Source: Thermosediminibacteraceae bacterium
Lineage (GTDB): Bacteria > Bacillota > Thermosediminibacteria > Thermosediminibacterales > Thermosediminibacteraceae
Length of the DNA stretch: 64,000 nucleotides
Assembly (NCBI GenBank): GCA_021890755.1
Contig: JAKKUQ010000003.1
Location: 3,292 to 67,291, forward strand
Direction: 5' to 3'
Shown here: in pieces, positions 1 to 9,533 of the stretch
How the letters are laid out: each line of letters begins with the position of its first letter
How positions within the stretch are numbered: the first letter of the stretch is position 1
Position numbers and translations under genes: made by a program
The notes under the pieces: model-generated
The model's database searches: none
What the model was told of the DNA's origin: nothing
What the model saw: the letters and a program-made list of their open reading frames with translations, nothing else

Positions 1-969
1 GGCATGCCTGTAATGGAATGCCTTTCCGTATTGTGTCAGCAAAGTTTACACCCAGGACTTGCAAGAGCTTTACGCAGATTAATAAATGATTTAAATAAAG
101 GTTTTACTTTATCAGAAGCCTTTAAGAACCAGCCAGGTATATTCCCGGAAATACTAATATATGCCATTGAAACAGGAGAAGTTGCAGGAAAGCTAGAAGA
201 TATTTTGAAAAAATTAGCGACACATTTTGAAACTATGGCAAAATATCGCGAACGGCTCAAAACCTCCATGACTTACCCGATAATTTTAAGCTTGATCAGT
301 ATAATCGTTTATTATTTCATAGCAAATACTCTCTTGCCATTATATTCGAATATGTTTAATCAAGCGGGTTTATCTCTTCCGTTGTTAACAAGAATTTTTA
401 TCGCTATTACTATTAATTCAAAGAGATTCGCAATCTTTTTGTTGTTTGTGTTTGTTTTGTTTTTATTGCTTTATTATAAGCTAAAGCAAGACCCAGAAAA
501 AGTTTTTTTAATAGATAAGTTTTTACTTTCTTTTCCAGTCTTAGGACTTTTACAGAAAAACAGCATTGCGGCTCATTTCTGTAGAATTGCTGGTATTCTT
601 GTATCTAGCGGAATATCTGTAGTAAAAACAATTGAAGTAATTGAAAATACCATGAACAATCAAGTTTTCAAAAAAGATTTGCAAAAGGCTCTAGAAAATC
701 TCAAAATGGGAAAGACATTAGCAGATTCTCTTGAAACTTCCAATTTCCCCATTTTTATGTTGAGGATGATGCAGATGGGCGTAGAATCTGGGAAACTTGA
801 AGAAATATTATTTAAAATCGCAGATTTTTATGACAGCGAAACGGAGGTTTTACAAATAAGGCTTTTATCTTTAATAGAGCCCATTGCAATCCTTTTATTG
901 TCATTAATCATAGGTTTCGCAGTGGTTGCAACAATCCTTCCCATGTTCAAAATGTATAGTGTATTTTGA
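1..969 (+). CDS. pilC: Type IV pilus / T2SS inner-membrane platform protein PilC (GspF family), 5'-truncated by the window edge
   Basis: ORF is open to the window start. Duplicated GspF-type motif (ETGEVAGKLEDIL and QMGVESGKLEEIL) separated by hydrophobic helices. Directly followed by prepilin genes. Confidence 0.85.
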   Translation, partial: GMPVMECLSVLCQQSLHPGLARALRRLINDLNKGFTLSEAFKNQPGIFPEILIYAIETGEVAGKLEDILKKLATHFETMAKYRERLKTSMTYPIILSLISIIVYYFIANTLLPLYSNMFNQAGLSLPLLTRIFIAITINSKRFAIFLLFVFVLFLLLYYKLKQDPEKVFLIDKFLLSFPVLGLLQKNSIAAHFCRIAGILVSSGISVVKTIEVIENTMNNQVFKKDLQKALENLKMGKTLADSLETSNFPIFMLRMMQMGVESGKLEEILFKIADFYDSETEVLQIRLLSLIEPIAILLLSLIIGFAVVATILPMFKMYSVF

Positions 970-988
970 GTAAAAGGGGGAGGGGAGG

Positions 989-1339
989 ATGTATATGACA
1001 GTTGAAAAAAATAAGGGTTTTACTTTGTTGGAGTTATTAATTGTCATTGCAATAATTACTTTGGTAGTGGCAATAGCTATTCCTAGTGTATCCGGATTGC
1101 TGAACGTTTCGGAAGAAAAAATAGCCAAAGCCAACGAGGTTATGCTGAAAAACGCCCTTGAAATGTATTTTACTGTGAATGAAAAATATCCCATAGGAGA
1201 CGTTGACAATTTAGAAGATGCTTTAGTTCCCACATACTTGAATCAAGAAAGTTGGGACAAGATGATTAACAAATTCACAATAAGCTACAGTTCTTCAGAT
1301 GGAAGTAGTTTTAGCTTGACTGTCACCCCCAAAAATTAA
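989..1339 (+). CDS. pilA: Type IV pilin (prepilin-type N-terminal cleavage/methylation domain), likely major pilin
   Basis: Class III signal peptide KG|FTLLELLIVIAIITLVVAIAIP. Strong purine-rich SD upstream. Small size. First pilin after pilC. Confidence 0.85.
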   Translation: MYMTVEKNKGFTLLELLIVIAIITLVVAIAIPSVSGLLNVSEEKIAKANEVMLKNALEMYFTVNEKYPIGDVDNLEDALVPTYLNQESWDKMINKFTISYSSSDGSSFSLTVTPKN

Positions 1340-1369
1340 GGTATAGCCCCGTTGCATGAGGTGGGTTTC

Positions 1370-1819
1370 ATGCTGTACAGGGTATACCAGCGAGGCTTTA
1401 CTTTAATCGAGACAATTGCAGTAACTGCAATCTTTGGAATCTTTTGCATGATTGCTGTTCCTAACTTTAAGACTGTTATGGAAGACGTCAAATTACAACT
1501 TGCTGCTCAAAAGCTTGCACAAGATATTCGAACTGTACAACAACAAGCAATGTCAGAAGGTGAAAGTCGCAAAATTCTATTTGACATGTACCGGTGCGAT
1601 AGTTACCAAATACTCCGTGGCCTCAACTCATCCAGAGTGTATTTACCTAAGGGAATTTTGCTTTCCTGGACAAACTTCCCTAATAATACTTTAGTATTTA
1701 CTCCATCAGGAGCTCCGCAACAAGGAGGCACTATTGCACTCAAAGGCGAAAGGAATAAACTTTTCGTGATAGTGAATGTTGCCACGGGAAGAGTGAGAAT
1801 AAGTGAAACGGCACCGTGA
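1370..1819 (+). CDS. Minor (pseudo)pilin, GspH/FimT-like
   Basis: Leader MLYRVYQRG|FTLIETIAVTAIFGIF. SD GAGGTGG 7 nt upstream of ATG 1370; the ORF track starts at 1352. Confidence 0.7.
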   Translation: MLYRVYQRGFTLIETIAVTAIFGIFCMIAVPNFKTVMEDVKLQLAAQKLAQDIRTVQQQAMSEGESRKILFDMYRCDSYQILRGLNSSRVYLPKGILLSWTNFPNNTLVFTPSGAPQQGGTIALKGERNKLFVIVNVATGRVRISETAP

Positions 1820-2177
1820 CCTTAAAAATACTAGAGGTTTTACGTTAGTCGAAGTGGCAGTAGCAATTGCGATTATTGGGATGGTTTTTACTTCTTTAGG
1901 AGCCCTTTTTGCACGAAGCCTTTATACAACTAAGCTGAGTGCTGAAATTACAACAGCTACCATATTGGCTCAGGAAAAAATGGAAGAATTAAAAAATAAG
2001 CCTTTTGAAAGTCTTTATAGAAATGATTTTTGGGAAGAGTCGGTTGAATTGAATGACATGAAATTTACACGATATATATTGATTCAAAAAGTAGACGATA
2101 ACTTGGTGAAAATTGTTGTGGAGGTAAAGTCAAAAAATAATGCGGTTCGTCTTGTTACGCTTCGCGGGGATTTTTAA
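1803..2177 (+). CDS. Minor pilin, prepilin-type (PilV/GspI-like)
   Basis: Leader ...NTRG|FTLVEVAVAIAIIGMVF. Overlaps the preceding pilin gene, suggesting translational coupling. Confidence 0.7.
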   Translation: MKRHRDLKNTRGFTLVEVAVAIAIIGMVFTSLGALFARSLYTTKLSAEITTATILAQEKMEELKNKPFESLYRNDFWEESVELNDMKFTRYILIQKVDDNLVKIVVEVKSKNNAVRLVTLRGDF

Positions 2178-2622
2178 AACAAGACAGGGTATGACCCTAA
2201 TAGAATTGGTATTATCAACAGCCCTTTTGTCTATGTTATTGGCTGCTTCTTTTGGTTTTTGTAGTTCAGGAATAAAAATATATAAGCAATGTTTAGAAGA
2301 ACTATCTAATATGCAGAATGCTCGATACGCTATATACAGGCTTTCTGTTTCAATATCACAGGCAAAAGAAGTGAAAATTATATCTAACAATAAAATCGAA
2401 ATTAGATTGCCCGATGACTCAAAGGTCTACTATTACTTAGAAGCAGGAACTTTGTATCGGGAAAAGAATGGCGGAAAAAATCCGGTGGCTGAACTTTCAT
2501 CTCTTGAATTTTACCGAATACCAGATTCCAATTCTATTAGGATAGTGGTGAAAGCAGGGGAGGAGAGATGCTTTACTTTACAAACAGCAGTTACTGCTTT
2601 TGGTTATTGGATTGGCGATTAA
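2140..2622 (+). CDS. Minor pilin, prepilin-type (PilW/ComGF-like)
   Basis: Motif TRQG|MTLIELVLSTALLSMLL. Sits in the pilin gene run. The exact start is uncertain. Confidence 0.6.
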   Translation: MRFVLLRFAGIFKTRQGMTLIELVLSTALLSMLLAASFGFCSSGIKIYKQCLEELSNMQNARYAIYRLSVSISQAKEVKIISNNKIEIRLPDDSKVYYYLEAGTLYREKNGGKNPVAELSSLEFYRIPDSNSIRIVVKAGEERCFTLQTAVTAFGYWIGD

Positions 2623-2644
2623 TTGTAATGTTGGAGGGATCATA

Positions 2645-2917
2645 GTGAAAAAGAAATTATATCTAAAAAATTATATGGAAGATGTAGTATTTTCTTTTTT
2701 AGATGGATTGATTAGGGAAAAAAAGGGGTGTACATGTGAGCGGTGCAGATATGATATTGCCGCTATAGCATTAAACAATCTGTCTCCAAAATACATAGTT
2801 ACAGAAAGCGGGGAAGTTTTTGCAAAAACACAACTATTGAGCCAGCAGTTCAAGACCGATACTGTAGTGGCAATTTTAAAAGCTATAGAAATAGTTAGTA
2901 AAAATCCGCATCATTGA
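2645..2917 (+). CDS. comFB: ComFB-family protein (late competence development protein ComFB fold)
   Basis: Motif C-T-C-E-R-C-R-Y-D-I-A-A-I-A-L-N-N-L-S-P-K-Y is typical of ComFB. SD GGAGGGA lies before GTG 2645. Confidence 0.7.
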   Translation: MKKKLYLKNYMEDVVFSFLDGLIREKKGCTCERCRYDIAAIALNNLSPKYIVTESGEVFAKTQLLSQQFKTDTVVAILKAIEIVSKNPHH

Positions 2918-2931
2918 TCTAGGGTGAAATT

Positions 2932-3933
2932 ATGCTGAATTTTTCAAGTTTTATAGGGCTAGACGTTGGAAACAAGAATATTAAAGTAGTCAAGATAAGG
3001 AAATATAAAGATAAAGTAAAAGTAAAAAACTTCTGGTCCATACCTTACCCGTCGGCAAAAATAAATTTTTCAAAAGAAGAAAAACGGGAAATCCTTGCTC
3101 GCTCATTTGAGCCCTTAAAAGAGTTTTTAAAAAGTGGGAAGATAATTATTGGCATTCCAAGTGATAAAGTACTTTTCCGGAACTTGAGCTTTCCCAGAAT
3201 GCGATATAGCGAGCTGAAAGAAGCAGCTTTTTGGGAAACAAGAGAACTTGTTGCTCAGTTAGATGGTGATTATGTTTTGGATTTTGAAATAATGAAAGAG
3301 AATAAGAACACTTATGAGGTTTTAGTAGCTGCAGTATTGAAGGATCACGTAATGGATTACTTAGACCCTATGAAAAGGATTGGTTTGTTGCCGGAAGCTG
3401 TCGACATATATCCTCTTGCCATTTCCCGCGTTTTTAAATACTTATTTTCTGAATGCAGCTTTGTTGTGGTTGATATTGGGGCTTTAAAGACAGAAATTAT
3501 TCTCTTTGAACACGGTAAGATTTTTTTGACAAGCACCTTTTCCTTTGGAAGTGAGTATATGACCAGGTTAATAGCAGGAACTTTTTCTGTAGATGAAAGT
3601 GAAGCAGAACTTATAAAAATTAATCCGGGAGCTTGTCGAGAAAAAATTGCGGAATGCCTATATCCGTTAATACGGCAGCTAGTACTGCAAGTGGCAAGAT
3701 GCTTAAAGTATTATCTCCAGAAAAAAGGCCAGGGGGTTAAGGCTATTGTTCTGACAGGCGGTGGAAGTAAACTTTTTTGCTTAAAAGAAGTTTTCAGTCG
3801 TGAGATCAAAGTGGAGGTATTTACTGCTCAAGAACTCGATTTTCCTAAAATTGAAATAGAAGAAAAAATAAGAGGTGAGTTTGATAAAATGGAATTTTTA
3901 AGTGCTTTGGGATTTGCAATGAGGGGAGTATAA
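2932..3933 (+). CDS. pilM: Type IV pilus assembly protein PilM (actin-like ATPase fold)
   Basis: N-terminal GLDVGNKNIKVV and C-terminal LTGGGSKL motifs of the PilM/FtsA-like family. Followed by pilN/pilO-like genes. Confidence 0.85.
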   Translation: MLNFSSFIGLDVGNKNIKVVKIRKYKDKVKVKNFWSIPYPSAKINFSKEEKREILARSFEPLKEFLKSGKIIIGIPSDKVLFRNLSFPRMRYSELKEAAFWETRELVAQLDGDYVLDFEIMKENKNTYEVLVAAVLKDHVMDYLDPMKRIGLLPEAVDIYPLAISRVFKYLFSECSFVVVDIGALKTEIILFEHGKIFLTSTFSFGSEYMTRLIAGTFSVDESEAELIKINPGACREKIAECLYPLIRQLVLQVARCLKYYLQKKGQGVKAIVLTGGGSKLFCLKEVFSREIKVEVFTAQELDFPKIEIEEKIRGEFDKMEFLSALGFAMRGV

Positions 3934-3935
3934 TA

Positions 3936-4502
3936 ATGCACAAATTGAATTTAATACCGGAAGAATTTTTAGATATAAGGAAAAAGAAACGATACAGATT
4001 TTTTTACACTCTTTTGGGTCTGGCATTACTTACCTTCTTTTCACTAAGCCTTGCGCTTTTTCATTCAGCACTAGAAAATTTAAACATGGAGTTACAGGAA
4101 GTAGAAAAGTTGCTGAATATCTATCGTTCACCCTCTGCTTCAGGACAAAACTTAGAAAAGATTTACAGCGATTTACATGAAAGGAGAAGAATAAAAAATG
4201 CCCTTCAAATTCATAGGGTAAAATGGTCTACATATATTCAAAAAATAATGGAGGCTTCACCACCAGATATATTCCTCTATTCTCTTGGTATTGATAGCAA
4301 AGGAAATGGTATAGTAAGGGGAATTTCATCTAGTAATTTATCCATTGGACATATGATAGATAAGTTAAAGCAAATAGATGATTTTTCAGAAGTAAAGCTT
4401 GGGTTTATAAAGAAAGAGAAAGAAAAGAATTATTATACTTTTGAGGTTTACTTCAGGGTGCAGGGAAATGATGCTATTAAACATCAGGCTGAGCCAGCGT
4501 GA
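3936..4502 (+). CDS. pilN: PilN-like fimbrial assembly protein
   Basis: N-terminal LNLIPEEF...RKKKR followed by a single TM helix is the classic PilN start. Position directly after pilM. Confidence 0.65.
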   Translation: MHKLNLIPEEFLDIRKKKRYRFFYTLLGLALLTFFSLSLALFHSALENLNMELQEVEKLLNIYRSPSASGQNLEKIYSDLHERRRIKNALQIHRVKWSTYIQKIMEASPPDIFLYSLGIDSKGNGIVRGISSSNLSIGHMIDKLKQIDDFSEVKLGFIKKEKEKNYYTFEVYFRVQGNDAIKHQAEPA

Positions 4503-4998
4503 AAAGTTTTTATTATTATTATTTTTCATGACTTTAACATTTTACTTGTTTTTCAAGATCGAATACAAGCGAATCGAGGAATATTTCCTAAAAAAAACCG
4601 AGTTAGAACAAAAAAAAGCTTCTCTTTCACTATTGCAGAATATTTACAACGATAAAAGCAGCATTGAAGCTGCCATGAAGTTAGAAATAAAAAAACTTCC
4701 CGCAGATGATAGAATATCAGACTACATAATTGAGGTAGACAGCTGGGCTGCTGCAGAAGAAGTTACGCTTATTAGCATTAAAGCTGGTGAAATTATAGAA
4801 GATGCAAAAAACAAGGTAAAAATCCTGCCTGTCGAGGTTATAGGAGAAGGTAAAAGAGACTCGTTGATAGAATTTTTAAAGCACGTGGAAAATCACGAAA
4901 GACTTAGCCGAATAAATAACATTAAAATGGAGCATTTGGGAGAATCTGAATTGTGGAGAGTTACAGTAACAGTTGATCTCTTTTATCTTACAGGCTAG
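4468..4998 (+). CDS. pilO: PilO-like pilus assembly protein
   Basis: Single N-terminal TM helix, then a coiled-coil and a small globular domain. Position after pilN. Start chosen at MMLLN; the ORF track starts at 4441. Confidence 0.55.
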   Translation: MMLLNIRLSQREKFLLLLFFMTLTFYLFFKIEYKRIEEYFLKKTELEQKKASLSLLQNIYNDKSSIEAAMKLEIKKLPADDRISDYIIEVDSWAAAEEVTLISIKAGEIIEDAKNKVKILPVEVIGEGKRDSLIEFLKHVENHERLSRINNIKMEHLGESELWRVTVTVDLFYLTG

Positions 4999-5108
4999 AT
5001 TAACGTTGAAGCAAGAAAATGAAAGCTTTTAAACAATAAAAAAACCTATTCAAATAATGGGAAATATGGTAATATAATTAGGAGAATTTATTATTCCGGA
5101 GGTTTTTT

Positions 5109-6182
5109 ATGAGTCAAGGAAGAATTAACCGCTTAAAGCAAAAGCTTATAGAAAAAGGCTTGGATGCTGTATTAGTAAACAAACCGGAAAATCAATATTA
5201 TTTAACTGGATTTGATGGGGAAGGCTTTCTTGCGATAACAACACAGCGGAGCATCCTGTTTACTGATTTTCGCTATGTTGAACAGGCAAAAAAAGAAGCT
5301 CCAGAGTTAGAAGTCATTGAATTGGAAACTACGATTCCACCTTACAAAAAATGTGCTGATGAATTAAAATCTATGGGATTAAATAAGATAGCTGTTGAAA
5401 GCCACTATTTGACAGTAAAATCTTATAATGAACTGAAATCATTTTTAGATGGAATTGAGATTGTAAGCACCGAAAACATTATTGAAGAATTAAGGACAAC
5501 CAAGGATGAAACCGAACTTGAGCTGATAAAAAAAGCTCAAGAGATTACTGATAAAGCCTTTTTGCACATTTTGGATTACATTCGCCCTGGTGTTACGGAA
5601 AAGGACTTGGCTTTAGAAATAGAATACTTTGTAAAAAAGAATGGGGCCGATGGGTTAGCATTTGAAACAATAGTAGTGTCAGGGCCAAGAAGTTCACTTC
5701 CTCATGGGAAGCCTACTTTCAGGAAGCTCCAAGCTGGTGATTTTATAACAATTGATTTTGGTGCAAAATTTAATCACTATTGTTCAGATATGACTAGAAC
5801 TGTTTTTTTGGGGAAACCAGATAAAGAAAAAGAGAAGATCTATAACATCGTCCTTGAAGCCCAGAAAAGAGCTCTGGATTATATAAAAGCAGGAGTATCA
5901 GGGAAAGATGTAGATAGGGAGGCAAGAGATTTCATTGAAAAAATGGGATTTGGTGAAAACTTTGGTCATGCGCTAGGTCATGGAGTTGGATTAGAGATAC
6001 ATGAAGCTCCTAGACTCAGCAAAAAAGGAGATAATAATCTGATGCCCGGTATGGTAGTTACTGTTGAGCCCGGAATTTACATAGAAGATTATGGAGGCGT
6101 GAGAATAGAAGATCTGGTAGTAGTCACGGAAGAAGGCCACATAAATTTGACAAAGTCGTCTAAAGATTTAATTTGCCTATAA
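5109..6182 (+). CDS. pepP: Xaa-Pro aminopeptidase/dipeptidase, M24B family
   Basis: M24 metal-ligand motifs (DFGAKFNHYCSDMTRT, GHALGHGVGLEIHE, VTVEPGIY, RIED). Conserved position upstream of efp. Confidence 0.9.
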   Translation: MSQGRINRLKQKLIEKGLDAVLVNKPENQYYLTGFDGEGFLAITTQRSILFTDFRYVEQAKKEAPELEVIELETTIPPYKKCADELKSMGLNKIAVESHYLTVKSYNELKSFLDGIEIVSTENIIEELRTTKDETELELIKKAQEITDKAFLHILDYIRPGVTEKDLALEIEYFVKKNGADGLAFETIVVSGPRSSLPHGKPTFRKLQAGDFITIDFGAKFNHYCSDMTRTVFLGKPDKEKEKIYNIVLEAQKRALDYIKAGVSGKDVDREARDFIEKMGFGENFGHALGHGVGLEIHEAPRLSKKGDNNLMPGMVVTVEPGIYIEDYGGVRIEDLVVVTEEGHINLTKSSKDLICL

Positions 6183-6220
6183 CTACAACTTAAAAAATAT
6201 CAAGGAATGGAGGTATAATC

Positions 6221-6778
6221 ATGATTTCTACTAACGATTTGAGACCTGGAGTAACTGTGGAAATTGATGGAGAAGTATACATGGTTGTAGATTTTCAACA
6301 TGTAAAACCAGGAAAAGGAGCTGCTTTTGTTAGAACAAAAATAAAAAATGTAAAAACGGGTCAAGTTTTTGAGAGAAACTTTAGAGCAGGAGAAAAATTA
6401 AACAGGGCTATTGTAGAAAGAAAAACAATGCAGTATTTATATCAAACCAATGATACATACTATTTTATGGACACCAAAACATTTGAACAAATACCCCTAA
6501 CTAAGGACCAGCTGGGAGATGCGGTGCTATATTTAAAAGAAAATCTTGAAGTGGTAGTAATGTTCTATGAAGGAGTGCCAATAGGTGTAGAGTTGCCAAC
6601 CTTTGTAGAACTTACTGTAGTCGACACTGAACCTGGGTTTAAAGGCGATACTGCGACAGGAGGTTCAAAACCAGCTACTTTGGAGACTGGTGCAGTAATC
6701 CAGGTTCCTCTGTTCATAGAAAAGGGGGATGTGGTAAGGGTTGATACTCGGACCGGTGAATATTTAAGCCGCGTCTAA
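6221..6778 (+). CDS. efp: Translation elongation factor P
   Basis: [10 protein letters not shown]...[16 protein letters not shown] signature. 185 aa. Confidence 0.97.
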   Translation: MISTNDLRPGVTVEIDGEVYMVVDFQHVKPGKGAAFVRTKIKNVKTGQVFERNFRAGEKLNRAIVERKTMQYLYQTNDTYYFMDTKTFEQIPLTKDQLGDAVLYLKENLEVVVMFYEGVPIGVELPTFVELTVVDTEPGFKGDTATGGSKPATLETGAVIQVPLFIEKGDVVRVDTRTGEYLSRV

Positions 6779-6800
6779 ATAACTTAAAGGAGGAAATGAA

Positions 6801-7247
6801 ATGGATAGCTTAAAATCGAGAGTCTCATATCTAAAAGGTCTAGCTGATGGACTGGGACTTGATGAATCAAAGGAAAAGCGGTTGCTGGTCGAAATTGTGA
6901 AAGTATTGGATGAAATGGCTGAAGCAATTGACGATGTGAGAGCTTTTTCTGAAGCAACTCAAGAATATGTAGAAAGCATCGATGAAGATTTGGAACAGCT
7001 CGAGCATGATTTTTATGGCTGCGAAGACGATGAAGACGAGTACGACGAAAACTTCGACGAAGAATATGAAGATGATTATGAAGACGATTATGAAGATGAC
7101 TACGACATAGATGATGAAGATTTACGGGAAATAGAGTGCCCTAAATGTCACGAAGTTATTTTCATAGACGAAGATCTTATAGACGATGAAGAAAAGACCG
7201 AGTGCCCTAACTGCAAAGCTGAAATAAAATTGGATGAAACTGATTAG
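6801..7247 (+). CDS. Highly acidic protein with a C-terminal CxxC...CxxC zinc ribbon (CD1247 N-terminal-domain-like)
   Basis: Good SD (AAGGAGG). Long D/E/Y-rich tract (EDDYEDDYEDDYD) followed by CPKCHEVIF...CPNCKAEI. Followed by a strong terminator. Confidence 0.6.
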   Translation: MDSLKSRVSYLKGLADGLGLDESKEKRLLVEIVKVLDEMAEAIDDVRAFSEATQEYVESIDEDLEQLEHDFYGCEDDEDEYDENFDEEYEDDYEDDYEDDYDIDDEDLREIECPKCHEVIFIDEDLIDDEEKTECPNCKAEIKLDETD

Positions 7248-7266
7248 AGATTGAAAGTAATTATAA

Positions 7267-7300
7267 GGGTTTAAACCCCTGCGGTTTAAACCCTTTTTTT
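7267..7300 (+). terminator. Rho-independent terminator after the acidic zinc-ribbon gene
   Basis: Perfect 11-bp stem GGGTTTAAACC/GGTTTAAACCC, 5-nt loop, then T7. Confidence 0.85.
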
Positions 7301-7319
7301 ATTTAATTTAATTTTAGTC

Positions 7320-7346
7320 ATATTAATACCGCCATGAAAATATAAA
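7320..7346 (+). promoter_or_regulatory. Possible sigma-E-type promoter of the spoIIIA operon
   Basis: ATATT, a 14-nt spacer, then AATATAAA. This is a partial match to the B. subtilis sigma-E consensus as I recall it (ATATT-14-CATACA-T). Lies ~25 nt upstream of spoIIIAA. Confidence 0.3.
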
Positions 7347-7369
7347 TTTACCAAGAGGGGGGACAAGAA

Positions 7370-8386
7370 GTGAAGGACCAGGATGAGCATAAAATTCTTG
7401 AAAAATTAGAAAAACATATATCGCCTATACTTCCATCGACTATCAGGAAGGTTTTTTTTAAACTGCCTGTAGATAAGTTGGAAAAAGTAGAAGAGATTAG
7501 GTTGCGCCGTAGAAAACCGCTTATGATTGTTGAGGGAAGGTCAGATTATATGATTACACAAGATGGAGCTATAACCGATAATCCCAACAGCGCTTACATT
7601 GTTACCGACGAAGATGCCGCAAAAACCTTTCAGTTGATTAGCCAAAGTTCAGTTTACGCCTTGGAAGATGAGATTAAAAACGGTTTTATTACATTAAAAG
7701 GTGGCCACAGGGTAGGAATAGTGGGAAAGGTTGTGTTGGAAGACGGTAAGATAAAGACAATAAAACATATATCAGGTTTTAATATAAGAATAGCAAGAGA
7801 AGTCTTAGGTGCTGCCGATGAAGCACTTCCATTCGTTATAGACGAAAGAGGAGAATTTTTAAATACTATGATAATATCGCCGCCAAAAGCTGGAAAAACC
7901 ACTTTGCTTAGAGATTTGATAAGGCAACTTAGCTCAGGGAATTCTCCATTATGCTCCAGAGGATTTAAAATCGGAGTGGTCGATGAAAGGTCAGAAATTG
8001 CCTGTTGCTATGAAGGTGTTCCCCAAAATGATGTGGGCATAAGAACAGATGTCCTTGATAGCTGCCCAAAAGCTCGAGGTATAATGATCCTCTTAAGATC
8101 GATGTCGCCGGATATTATAGCCACCGATGAAATTGGAAGGCCTGAAGATGTGGAGGCTGTCGAAGAGGCTTTGAATGCCGGTGTCAAACTGTTAACTACC
8201 GCTCACGGAAAAGATTTGGAGGACGCCGCTAAAAGACCTACCATACGAAAATTGATAGAAAATAATTGTTTCGAAAGGTTCTTAATACTTGGGTTCAGCA
8301 AGGGAGTAGGTACTTTAGAAAAAGTAGTGGATGGTAAACATTTCCAGATAATCTTTGAACGGAGGGATAAGGGGGGAAGTTTTTAA
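7370..8386 (+). CDS. spoIIIAA: Stage III sporulation protein AA (secretion-type ATPase)
   Basis: Walker A SPPKAGKTTLLRD and Walker B-like IATDEIG. First gene of an eight-gene spoIIIA-like run. Confidence 0.9.
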   Translation: MKDQDEHKILEKLEKHISPILPSTIRKVFFKLPVDKLEKVEEIRLRRRKPLMIVEGRSDYMITQDGAITDNPNSAYIVTDEDAAKTFQLISQSSVYALEDEIKNGFITLKGGHRVGIVGKVVLEDGKIKTIKHISGFNIRIAREVLGAADEALPFVIDERGEFLNTMIISPPKAGKTTLLRDLIRQLSSGNSPLCSRGFKIGVVDERSEIACCYEGVPQNDVGIRTDVLDSCPKARGIMILLRSMSPDIIATDEIGRPEDVEAVEEALNAGVKLLTTAHGKDLEDAAKRPTIRKLIENNCFERFLILGFSKGVGTLEKVVDGKHFQIIFERRDKGGSF

Positions 8387-8907
8387 TGCTTTTTAAGATA
8401 CTAGGAAGTATATTGGTTATTTTTTCCTCGACAATGATAGGCTTTACTATTGCAGGTTTTTACAAGCAGCGACCCAGGGCATTAAGGAATTTTCAGATAG
8501 CTCTGTCGATGCTGGAAACGGAAATCGATTATGGTCAATCCCCCCTCCCGGAAGCTCTAAATAACGTAAGCAAAAGATGCGAGTCATCGATTTCTATGTT
8601 TTTGAAGAGGGTAAGGCAACTATTGCTCTCGCTGGAAGGGTATACCGCTGGAGAAGCCTGGGAAATCGCTTTAAAAGAATTCAAAGCTCAGTTTCCACTT
8701 AATGAATCCGATTTCGAGATATTAGCTGCTTTCGGGAAATATCTTGGCTCGTCTGACAAGGACGACCAGATAAGAAATTTGAAACTAACTTTATCTCAGT
8801 TAAAACAGCAGGAAACTTTGGCGATTGAAGAAAGACAGAAAAATGAAAAACTATGGAAATACCTGGGAGTTTTATCCGGGTTGACGGTAGTTCTTTTGTT
8901 ATATTAA
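8386..8907 (+). CDS. spoIIIAB: Stage III sporulation protein AB
   Basis: N- and C-terminal TM helices, size and position within the operon. Start overlaps the AA stop (ATGA-type coupling). Confidence 0.85.
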   Translation: MLFKILGSILVIFSSTMIGFTIAGFYKQRPRALRNFQIALSMLETEIDYGQSPLPEALNNVSKRCESSISMFLKRVRQLLLSLEGYTAGEAWEIALKEFKAQFPLNESDFEILAAFGKYLGSSDKDDQIRNLKLTLSQLKQQETLAIEERQKNEKLWKYLGVLSGLTVVLLLY

Positions 8908-8932
8908 TCGAGATAAACGAGAGGTGTTATCA

Positions 8933-9130
8933 ATGGATGTGGATGTTTTGTTTAAGATAGCTGGGATAGGCATCGTCATATCCATACTGAGCAAAGTGCT
9001 GGATGAAGCGGGAAGAAAAGAACAGGCTCAGATGACCACCTTGGTAGGAGTAGTTATCGTTCTAATGATGGTTATTCAGCTTATAAGCAGGCTGTTTGAC
9101 AACGTAAAATCGATGTTCCACCTTTATTAA
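8933..9130 (+). CDS. spoIIIAC: Stage III sporulation protein AC
   Basis: Small two-TM protein beginning MDVDVLFKIAGIGI. SD GAGAGG lies 8 nt upstream. Confidence 0.85.
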   Translation: MDVDVLFKIAGIGIVISILSKVLDEAGRKEQAQMTTLVGVVIVLMMVIQLISRLFDNVKSMFHLY

Positions 9131-9142
9131 GGGGATGTGGGC

Positions 9143-9529
9143 ATGGAGATAATTCAGATTGTGGGAATCAGCCTTGTAGCAGCCGTAATGGTGGTTTTGC
9201 TGAGGGATGACCGCCCGGAGATAGCTTTGCAGATTAGTATAATCGCGGGAGCCATAGTTTTTCTTTTAATGCTGAACAAAATAGCCTCAGCTTTAAACGT
9301 TCTACAGGATATGGCCCAAAAAGCAAATATAGACTTTATATATTTGAATACAATACTAAAAATCGTAGGGATAGCTTATGTGGCCGAATTCGGTGCTCAA
9401 ATTTGCAGAGATTCGGGATCTTCCTCTTTAGCAGCAAAAATCGAATTTGCCGCAAAAATCATAATAATGCTGCTTTCTATACCGATACTTATGGCGGTTC
9501 TTGAACTTTTGTTGAAAATACTCCCCTGA
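9143..9529 (+). CDS. spoIIIAD: Stage III sporulation protein AD
   Basis: Polytopic ~128-aa protein. Conserved FGAQICRDSG motif. Operon position. Confidence 0.85.
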   Translation: MEIIQIVGISLVAAVMVVLLRDDRPEIALQISIIAGAIVFLLMLNKIASALNVLQDMAQKANIDFIYLNTILKIVGIAYVAEFGAQICRDSGSSSLAAKIEFAAKIIIMLLSIPILMAVLELLLKILP

Positions 9530-9533
9530 AAAG

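Noticed and set aside
7020-7130. Short tandem DNA repeats (GAAGATGATTATGAAGACGATTATGAAGATGACTAC) as a possible repeat element or CRISPR-like array.
   Set aside because: They are in frame within a coding region and simply encode the EDDY acidic repeat. There is no spacer/repeat architecture.
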